Shown one piece after another: positions 26,601-36,836 of a stretch of 64,000 nucleotides of DNA. This stretch comes from Takakia lepidozioides. Its lineage: Eukaryota; Plantae; Bryophyta. The notes below the pieces were generated by a model. The model ran no database searches. It was given only the letters and a program-made list of their open reading frames with translations, and was not told where the DNA came from. The DNA lies in the NCBI GenBank assembly GCA_030704615.1, contig CM060734.1:37696001-37760000 (forward strand), written 5' to 3'. Within the stretch, counting starts at the first letter, position 1. Each line of letters begins with the position of its first letter. Made by a program: the position numbers and the translations under genes.

Positions 26601-29600
26601 CGTTGGCCGACAATGTTTGAGCTGAACATGTAAGTGTTTTTTCAGATTGAAATTCGGCATTTGGGGCACGTTTCTGAGGATGAAATAATCCCTCACTGGC
26701 AGCTCAAACAGTGTGCGCCAACACACACTGTTTGAGCTGTACATGTCACTGCTTTTTTGGTGTTAAATTCGGACTTACAGGGCACGTTTATGATAATGAA
26801 ATAACCATTCAGTGGCAGCTCAAAGAGTGTGCGCCAACGCACACTGTTTGAGGTGAACATGTAAGTGTTTTTTCCGATTGAAATTTGGCATTTAGGGCAC
26901 GTTTCTGAGGATGAAATAACCATTTAGTGGCAGCTCAAACAGTGTGCGTTGGCGCACACTGTTTGAGCTATACATGTCACTGCTTTTTTGGTGTTAAATT
27001 TCGACTTCCAGGGCAGGTTTATGATGATGAAATAACCATTCAATGGCAGCTCAAACAGTGTGCGCCAACGCACACTGTTTGAGCTTTACATGTCACTGCT
27101 TTTTTGGTGTTAAATTCGGACTTCCAGGGCAGGTTTATGATGATGAAATAACCATTCAGTGGCAGCTCAAACAGTGTGCGTTGGCGCACAATGTTTGAGC
27201 TGAACATGTAAGTGTTTTTTCAGATTGAAATTCGGCATTTAGGGCACGTTTCTGAGGATGAAATAATCCCTCACTAGCAGCTCAAACAGTGTGCGCCAAC
27301 ACACACTGTTTGAGCTGTACATGTCACTGCTTTTTTGGTGTTAAATTTGGACTTCCAGGGCAGGTTTATGATGATGAAATAACCATTCAGTGGCAGCTCA
27401 AATAGTGTGCGCCAACACACACTGTTTGAGCTGATCATGTAAGTGTTTTTTCCGATTGAAATTCGGACTTCCAGGGCAGGTTTATGATGATGAAATAACC
27501 ATTCAGTGGCAGCTCAACCAATGTGCGTTGGCGCACACTGTTTGAGCTGAACATGTAAGTGTTTTTTCCGATTGAAATTCGGCATTTTGGGCACGTTTTT
27601 GAGGATGAAATAACCATTCAGTGGCAGCTCAAATAGTGTGCGCCAACGCACACTGTTTGAGGTGAACATGTAAGTGTTTTTTCCGATTGAAATTCGGCAT
27701 TGAGGGCACGTTTCTGAGGATGAAATAACCATTTAGTGGCAGCTCAATCAGTGTGCGCCAACGCACACTGTTTGAGCTGTACATGTCACTGCTTTTTTGG
27801 TGTTAAATTTGGACTTCCAGGGCAGGTTTATGACGATGAAATAACCATTCGGTGGCAGCTCAAACAGTGTGCGTTGGCGCACACTGTTTGAGCTGAACAT
27901 GTAAGGGTTTTTTCATATTGAAATTCGGCATTTCGGGCACGTTTTTTAGGGTGAAATAATCCCTCACTGGCAGGTCAAACAGTTTGCGCCAATGCACACT
28001 GTTTGAGCTGTACATGTCACTGCTTTTTTGGTGGTAAATTCGGACTTCCAGGGCAGGTTTATGATGATAAAATAACCATTCAGTGGCAGCTCAAACAGTG
28101 TGCATTGGCGCACACTGTTTGAGCTGAACATATAAGTGTTTTTTCCGATTGAAATTCAGCATTTAGGGCACGTTTCTGAGGATGAAATAACCATTCAGTG
28201 GCAGCTCAAACAGTGTGCGTTGGCCGACAATGTTTGAGCTGAACATGTAAGTGTTTTTTTCAGATTGAAATTCGGCATTTGGGGCACGTTTCTGAGGATG
28301 AAATAATCCCTCACTGGCAGCTCAAACAGTGTGCGCCAACACACACTGTTTGAGCTGTACATGTCACTGCTTTTTTGGTGTTAAATTCGGACTTACAGGG
28401 CACGTTTATGATAATGAATAACCATTCAGTGGCAGCTCAAAGAGTGTGCGCCAACGCACACTGTTTGAGGTGAACATGTAAGTGTTTTTTTCCGATTGAA
28501 ATTTGGCATTTAGGGCACGTTTCTGAGGATGAAATAACCATTTAGTGGCAGCTCAAACAGTGTGCGTTGGCGCACACTGTTTGAGCTATACATGTCACTG
28601 CTTTTTTTGGTGTTAAATTTCGACTTCCAGGGCAGGTTTATGATGATGAAATAACCATTCAATGGCAGCTCAAACAGTGTGCGCCAACGCACACTGTTTG
28701 AGCTTTACATGTCACTGCTTTTTTGGTGTTAAATTCGGACTTCCAGGGCAGGTTTATGATGATGAAATAACCATTCAGTGGCAGCTCAAACATTGTGCGT
28801 TGGCGCACAATGTTTGAGCTGAACATGTAAGTGTTTTTTCAGATTGAAATTCGGCATTTAGGGCACGTTTCTGAGGATGAAATAACCCCTCACTGGCAGC
28901 TCAAACAGTGTGCGCCAACGCACACTGTTTGAGCTGTACATGTCACTGCTTTTTTGGTGTTAAATTCGGACTTACAGGGCACGTTTATGATAATGAAATA
29001 ACCATTCAGTGGCAGCTCAAACAGTGTGCGTTGGCGCACACTGTTTGAGCTGAACATGTAAGTGTTTTTTCAGATTGAAATTCGGCATTTAGGGCACGTT
29101 TCTGAGGATGAAATAATCCCTCACTGGCTGCTAAAACAGTGTGCGCCAACGCACACTGTTTCAGGTGAACATGTAAGTGGTTTTTCCGATTGAAATTCGG
29201 CATTTAGGGCTCGTTTCTGAGGATGAAATAACCATTCAGTGGCAGCTCAAACAGTGTGCGCCAACGCACACTGTTTGAGCTGTACATGTTACTGCTCTTT
29301 TGTTGTTAAAATCGGACTTCCAGGGCAGGTTTATGATGATGAAATAACCATTTAGTTGCAGCTCAAAGAGTGTGCGCCAACACACACTGTTTGAGCTGAT
29401 CATGTAAGTGTTTTTTCCGATTGAAATTCGGACTTCCAGGGCAGGTTTATGATGATGAAATAACCATTCAGTGGCAGCTCAAACAATGTGCGTTGGCGCA
29501 CACTGTTTGAGCTGAACATGTAAGTGTTTTTTCCGATTGAAATTCGGCATTTTGGGCACGTTTTTGAGAATGAAATAACCATTCAGTGGCAGCTCAAATA

Positions 29601-32600
29601 GTGTGCGCCAACGCACACTGTTTGAGGTGAACATGTAAGTGTTTTTTCCGATTGAAATTCGGCATTTAGGGCACGTTTCTGAGGATGAAATAACCATTTA
29701 GTGGCAGCTCAAAGAGTGTGCGCCAACGCACACTGTTTGTGCTGTACATGTCACTGCTTTTTTGGTGTTAAATTTTGACTTCGTGGGCAGGTTTATGATG
29801 ATGAAATAACCATTCAGTGGCAGCTCAAACAGTGTGCGCCAACGCACAATGTTTGAGCTGAACATGTAAGTGTTTTTTCATATTGAAATTCGGCATTTAG
29901 GGCACGTTTCTTAGGATGAAATAACCCCTCACCGGCAGTTCAAACAGTGTGCGCCAACGCACACTGTTTGAGCTGTACATGTCACTGCTTTTTTGGTGTT
30001 AAATTCGGACTTCCAGGGCACGTTTATGATGATGAAATAACCATTCAGTGGCAGCTCAAACAGTGTGCGTTGGCGCACAATGTTTGAGCTGAACATGTAA
30101 GTGTTTTTTCAGATTGAAATTCGGCATTTAGGGCACGTTTCTGAGGATGAAATAACCCCTCACTGGCAGCTCAAACAGTGTGCGTTGGCGCACACTGTTT
30201 GAGCTGTACATGTCACTGCTTTTTTGGTGTTAAATTCGGACTTACAGGGCACGTTTATGATAATGAAATAACCATTCAGTGGCAGCTCAAACAGTGTGCG
30301 TTGGCGCACAATGTTTGAGCTGAACATGTAAGTGTTTTTATAAATTGAAATTCGGCATTTAGGGCACGTTTCTGAGGATGAAATAATCCCTCACTGGCAG
30401 CTCAAACAGTGTGCGCCAACGCACACTGTTTGAGCTGTACATGTCACTGCTTTTTTGGTGTTAAATTCGGACTTCCAGGGCAGGTTTATGATGATGAAAT
30501 AACCATTCAGTGGCAGGTCAAACAGTGTGCGTTGGCGCACACTCTTTGAGCTAAACATATAAGTGTTTTTTCCGATTGAAATTTGGCATTTAGGGCACGT
30601 TTTTGAGGATGAAATAACCATTCAGTGGCAGCTCAAACAGTGTGCGCCAACGCACACTGTTTGAGGTGAACATCTAAGTGTTTTTTCCGATTGAAATTCG
30701 GCATTTAGGGCACGTTTTTGAGGATGAAATAACCATTTAGTGGCAGCTCAAACAGTGTGCGCCAACGCACACTTTTTGAGCTATACATGTCACTGCTTTT
30801 TTGGTGTTAAATTTCGACTTCCAGGGCAGGTTTATGATGATGAATACCATTCAATGGCAGCTCAAACAGTGTGCGCCAACGCACACTGTTTGAGCTTTAC
30901 ATGTCACTGCTTTTTTGGTGTTAAATTCGGACTTCAGGGCAGGTTGATGATGAAATAATAACCATTCAGTGGCAGCTCAAACAGTGTGCGTTGGCGCACA
31001 CTGCTTGAGCTGAACATGTAAGTGTTTTTTCAGATTGAAATTCTGCATTTAGGGCACGTTTCTGAGGATGAAATAATCCCTCACTAGCAGCTCAAACAGT
31101 GTGCGCCAACACACACTGTTTGAGCTTTACATGTCACTGTGCTTTTTTTGTGTTAAATTTGGACTTCCAGGGCAGGTTTATGATGATGAAATAACCATTC
31201 AGTGGCAGCTCAAAAAGTGTGCACCAACGCACACTGTTTGAGCTGAACATGTAAGTGTTTTTTCAGATTGAAATTCGGCATTTAGGGCACGTTTCTGAGG
31301 ATGAAATAACCCCTCACTGGCAGCTCAAACAGTGTGCGCCAACGCACACTGTTTGAGCTGTACATGTAACTGCTTTTTTTGGTTTTAATTTCGGACTTCC
31401 AGGGCACGTTTATGATAATGAAAAATAACCATTCAGTGGCAGCTCAAACAGTGTGCGTTGGCGCACAATGTTTAGCTGAACATGTAGTGTTTTTTCAGAT
31501 TGAAATTCGGTATTTAGGGCACGCTTCTGAGGATGAAATAACCCCTCACTGGCAGCTCAAACAGTGTGCGCCAACACACACTGTTTGAGCTGTACATGTC
31601 ACTACTTTTTTGGTGTTAAGTTCGGACTTACAGGGCACGTTTATGATAATGAATAACCATTCAGTGGCAGCTCAAACAGTGTGCGTTGGCGCACACTGTT
31701 TGAGCTGAACATGTAAGTGTTTTTTCAGATTGAAATTCGGCATTTAGGGCACGTTTCTGAGGATGAAATAATCCCTCACTGGCAGCTCAAACAGTGTGCG
31801 CCAACGCACACTGTTTGAGCTGTACATGTCACTGTTTTTTTGGTGTGTAATTTCGGACTTCCAGGGCAGGTTTATGATGATGAAATAACCATATCAGTGG
31901 CAGGTCAAACATGTGTGTTGGCGCACACTCTTTGAGCTAACATATAAGTGTTTTTTCCGATTGAAATTTGGCATTTTACGGCACGTTTCTGAGGATGAAA
32001 TAACCATTCAGTGGCCTCAAACAGTGTGCGCCAACGCACACTGTTTCAGGTGACATGTATTGTTTTTTCCGATTGAAATTCGGGCATTTAAGGGCACGTT
32101 TCTGAGGATGAAATAACCATTCAGTGGCAGCTCAAACAGTGTGCGCCAACGCACACTGTTTGAGCTGTACATGTTACTCTACTGCTTTTTTTGGTGTTAA
32201 AATCGGACTTCCAGGGCAGATTTATGATGATGAAATAACACATTCAGTGGCAGCTCAAAGAGTGTGCGCCAACACACACTGTTTGAGCTGAACATGTAAG
32301 TGTTTTTTCCGATTGAAATTCGGACTTCCAGGGCAGGTTTATGATGATGAAATAACCATTTAGTGGCCTCAAACAATGTGCGTTGGCGCACACTGTTTGA
32401 GCTGAACATGTAAGTGTTTTTTTTTTCCGATTGAAATTCGGCATTTTGGGCACGTTGTGAGGATGAAATAACCATTCAGTGGCAGCTCAAATAGTGTCGC
32501 CAATGCACACTCCTTTGAGCTGTACATGTCACTTCTCCACTGCTTTTTTGGTGTTAAATTCGGACTTCCAGGGCACGTTTATATAATGAAATAACCATTC

Positions 32601-33516
32601 AGTGGCAAGCTCAAACAGTGTGCGTTGGCGCACAAGTTTGAGCTGAACATGTAAGTGTTTTTTTTTCAGATTGAAATTCGGCATTTAGGGCACGTTTCTG
32701 AGATGACATAATCCCTCACTGGCAGCTCAAACAGTGTGCGCCAATTGCACACTCTTGAGATGTTACATGTCCTTGCTTTTTGGTGTTAATTCGGAGTTCC
32801 ATCCAGGGCACGTTTATGATATGAATAACCTTCATGGCAAGCTCAACCAGTGTGCGTTGGCGCACACTTTTGAGCTGAACATTTAAGTGTTTTTTCAGAT
32901 TGAAATTCGGCATTGAGGGCACTTTCTGAGGATGAAATAATCCCATCACACTGGCAGGAGGTCCAAACAGTGTGCGCCAACGTCACACTGTTTGATGATG
33001 AAATAACCATTAAGTGGCAGCTCAAACAGTGTGCGGTTGGCGCACACTGTTTGAGCTGAACATATAAGTGTTTTTCGATTGAAATTCGGCATTTAGGGCA
33101 CGTTTCTGAGGATGAAATAACCATTCAGTGGCAGCTCAAACAGTGGTGCGCCAACGCACACTGTTTGAGGTGACATAGTGTTTTTTTTCCGATTGAAATT
33201 CGGCATTTAGGGCCGTTTCTGAGGATGAAAATACCATTCAGTGGCAGCTCAAACAGTGTGCACCAACGCACACTGTTTGAGGTGAACATGTAAGTGTTTT
33301 TTTCCGATTGAAATTGGGCATTTAGGGCACGTTTCTGAGGATGAATAACCATTTAGTTGCAGCTCAAACAGTTTTGCGCCAACGCACACTGTTTGAGCTG
33401 TACATGTCACTGCTTTTTTGATGTTAAATTTGGACTTCCAGGGCAGGTTTATGATGATGAAATAACCATTCAGTGGCAGCTCAAACAGTGTGCGCCAACG
33501 CACACTGTTCGAGCTG
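17640..33516. repeat. Satellite array of ~137 monomers, 115 bp (type A) and 116 bp (type B), each with a 40-bp palindrome; higher-order repeats present
   Basis: Type A reads gagctgaacatgtaagtgttttttc(c/a)gattgaaattcggcatttagggcacgtttctgaggatgaaataa.... Type B reads gagctgtacatgtcactgcttttttggtgttaaattcggacttccagggcaggtttatgatgatgaaataa.... Both share cagctcaaacagtgtgcg-NNNN-cgcacactgtttgagctg. Confidence 0.98.
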
Positions 33517-33519
33517 CAA

Positions 33520-36500
33520 AGTGTGGCAGATGAGGTCCCTTCGGGTCAGGAGAGGAGATAATTGTTGATGTGGACGATGAGTTCTATGAAAGCAAAGCCG
33601 CTGAGATGCTGGGGGGTCAGAAGGTAAACTCTCAGCTTGTGGTGCAAAGTATGCTTGCCCCGGGTGGGAGGTTGAAGATTCCCCGTGTGTAGGTTGGTTT
33701 CCATGCCCGTCGTTCGTACACCCCTCGTCAAGGACATTCTCAAGCTGGAGGCCAAGTTTGTGCATGGGTATTTGGATGGATCCGCAGTCTTTTACGTTTC
33801 TACTAGGGATTCCAAAGGTAATGAGCTCCTCGTGGATCAGTCAATCGTGGACTCCTGGGACCCCATTTGGAGACAGCTGAAAGATGTTGCACGTTTGGGA
33901 TGGGACCACCGCTTGCTTGCATGGATGGCTGTCATTGGGAGGCTGCACTCACATGAGGAAGAGTGGCATTACTCTGTTCGATCGTGGTGCGGATTGTGAC
34001 GGGAACATGTGGGTCTTCTGACGGCAATGAAATGTGAACAGGTTGGTTTCCTCATTCTACATGTTCACTTGTGGTTCCATTCTTCTTTGATTGAAGACCT
34101 TGAATTTCATTCTGACTTACAGATATCATTCTGCAGAGGAACGGAGACATCGCATGTCAAAACGAGTTTGGTTCACACACTGTATAGGATACAAAGGATA
34201 GGCAGATGCCCTTTACCAACTTCAAGACCATCCTTTCAGCAGAGTGTACAAGAAGTGCGAAATCTCCAAGACATCGGAAACGTGGTACTCGTTGACCCGA
34301 GGCTTTCATGGAGTACATGTACACGGTGAGATACATCTTCCTTCATCTGGTCTTCCATATTCCACATGGTTTATTTCTGTTTGTTTCCCTTGACCTTGTG
34401 CTGATGCAACTCTCTTGCATTCCCTTGCAGCAAGACATTGCAGATGTAGGGGAGCGTGGCAAACTGGAATACTACAGCTCTACCTCTGAGGAGAGAAGGA
34501 CAGCAAGGGGGTTGAGAGTCGCATCCAGAAAGAGATGACCGCTACAAGAAGGACTATAATGAGTGCTTTCGTGAAGCAGTTGAGAATTGCCGACCCATCA
34601 TTCGGACCGCAGTTTCTCCTGGAGATAAAAACCATTATAACAAGCCAGGCAAGCCAGAAATGGCCCAGGAGAAGTTGCACAGGCTGTCTACCGCCGTTGT
34701 GTCTCCAGAACAAAAGGTGAAGTGGCTGCAGATATGGAACTCCGATCCCACAGTTAGGGATACCCACATGTTCCCAAGGCCGGAGAAAGAGAAGAAGACC
34801 CAGCGTGTCATTCTTGTCAGTGACAATGTGCTGGACACCTGGCTTCACAAGGCCACTTACTGGAGCCAGGTGTGATGTCCTTCCCTGTGTCACTGTCTTT
34901 TCTCTTTTCCTGTCCTTATCTTTCTATTGCCTCTTACATTTGCTGTGATTGCTTTTGGTTTCATTCTTGCATTTGTATTGTTTTGCAGTTGGAAGAAAGG
35001 GCCAGATCGGTTCTGCATACTCACTGGCTGACTATGGCATCAGTATGATAGCACCGAAGGTGTCCTTCAAAGCATACATGAGGAAATGGAGAGCCACAGT
35101 GTGGCACTCTTGTTTCTTTAGAGAGTTCAGCAAGGAGGGTGGCATCAGTCGAACAAATGAGCTGGACCAGCAAGAAAAAGGAGAGGAAGCCTGGAAACGA
35201 TGCCTTTACAGGTGCACACTCTTGCACTACTTATTTGTGCTGTGGTTGCAATGTGTTGTGTGGCATACTGTTTAAGGGGGTCTTCCTGGTGTGATGGAAA
35301 AGTTGCCACACAATATTTCCATTGTAAAATGAGGCTGTCTCTGTTGCTGCAGGTACATAAAGTTTGTTCTCCTGGAAGAGAATTGCCTGGACAAACATCC
35401 AGATTTCGTGGACCTGTGGCTTGTCCCTGCTGGCAACCAGACCATGTTCACTACTGGGATCTTGCATGACTGGGGCCAAGACCATCTTTCTTCTTGTGGT
35501 TGGTATTTGGATTGCCCTCCTTCTGAGACCCCAGCTCCAGAGGTGTCTTTGAGGAGAGAGAATGACCGTATTGCAGCCACTGCCGCAGCAACCGACCTCG
35601 ACATTCATGAACGAAATTTGAGGACTCTTGCAGAGAAGGAGCCTCCCGCTCACGATACCCCAGGTAGAGGAAGAAAGGCAAAGGGAAAAGATGTTGCTGG
35701 TGTTGTGGGGAAGGGAAGGGGTAGAGGGAAGGTGGCACAAGGGCAGGGAAGTGTTGCAGATATTGGGCCCTATGGAGCATGTCCAGCAGACTCCACCGCA
35801 TGGTAGGGGATCCGGGAGAAAAAACAAGGGGGTGGTTGATCCCAAGGACCCGTACCATGCAGTGGAACATCCCACGAGGGTCATTCGCCCAACCAGGTTG
35901 GAGATGGCCAACGTCGGGTTCCTTGCCATGATGGAGTCGAAGAATCTGATTACAAGGGCGAGCCATCACCAGTGTGGGACAGGATTGTGCAGTTCCTCAG
36001 CACGGTGCGTGTTCTCTTTGGGTTCTGTGGCTTCTGTTGTTTTTGTCTGCTGTGGGCATGGATCGTTTCTAAACTTGTGAGAATTCCATTGTATTTTTGT
36101 TTGCAGGCTAAAATGACCAAATCCTGGGTGAACGGGAAGGAAAAGCCATATGCAGCCGAACTCATCATCTTGGACATCCCTGATGGGTTGGCAGTCCCGG
36201 ATATCCCTCCATCGGTGCTTGTCCGGGTTGGAATGCTTTTGATGAGCGCTACTGGCGGTGGGTTTTCTCCTTTTGCACCTTCTTCCTGTCCGATGCAGGT
36301 GTTTTGGTGCTCATCCAGTCCATCGACAGTCGGTGTCGCCGTGCACTTTCCAGCTATTTGAAAGCCTCGGGCATGAGAGTCGTGAAGACATGGAATTGTG
36401 TGAACAGCATGTACCTTACGAAGGGGATCGCCCGGGAGAGATGGTGAGTTTGCCTTCTTCTTCCTCTTCTTGGTTGTTCTCCGATGGGGTTGTATAGGTC

Positions 36501-36836
36501 GCTCGAACTCATATGTAGGGGCCCGATTTTTTTTTGCTTCTTAGTTCCTTGTGGATGTCATGTTCGCAGACTCGTCTGTTTGAAGCTGTTTGTCTCGTCC
36601 GGGTGCATCCACAAACGACTCCGGCCGGCATTACCGAGTTTGCCATCACTCATGGGGCCAAGTTCATAGATGACAGGACAGATCCCCCCACGGATGACAT
36701 GCATCACAACTACGTCGACAGCAACGTGTGCTTGCGAAGGGAGAATGGGTTCCTTGGAGAGGGGCGAGGGAGAGGAGTCCAGCTTTCATTCAAACGATTG
36801 TGGAGTGCTGCACCTACACAGACGCCAGAGTTCTGG
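33520..36836 (+). pseudogene. Multi-exon ParB-like domain + beta-class N4C/N6A DNA methyltransferase gene (N-terminal part, ends in motif I)
   Basis: ParB-like CRLVSMPVVRTPL..GY..GSAVFYVS..VWDG[N]HRLLAW (~33690-33930, frameshifted). Motif IV-like AELIILDIPDGL (~36155-36190). WRGARERSPAFIQTIVECCTYTDARVL (36755-36835) leads into motif I. Several GT-AG introns. Confidence 0.65.

Noticed and set aside
18038-33503. Many 60-90 aa ORFs such as MVISSSETCPKC...
   Set aside because: They are translations of the satellite. Monomer lengths are not multiples of three and stops are frequent.
17640-33516. CRISPR array (palindromic repeat with regular spacing)
   Set aside because: The intervening sequences are only two recurring variants rather than unique spacers, there are no cas genes, and the context is eukaryotic.
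16740-36833. Insert as an intact Helitron or TIR transposon
   Set aside because: It sits between A and T, but lacks TC/CTRR ends, convincing TIRs and a TSD, and the right end falls inside a coding motif.
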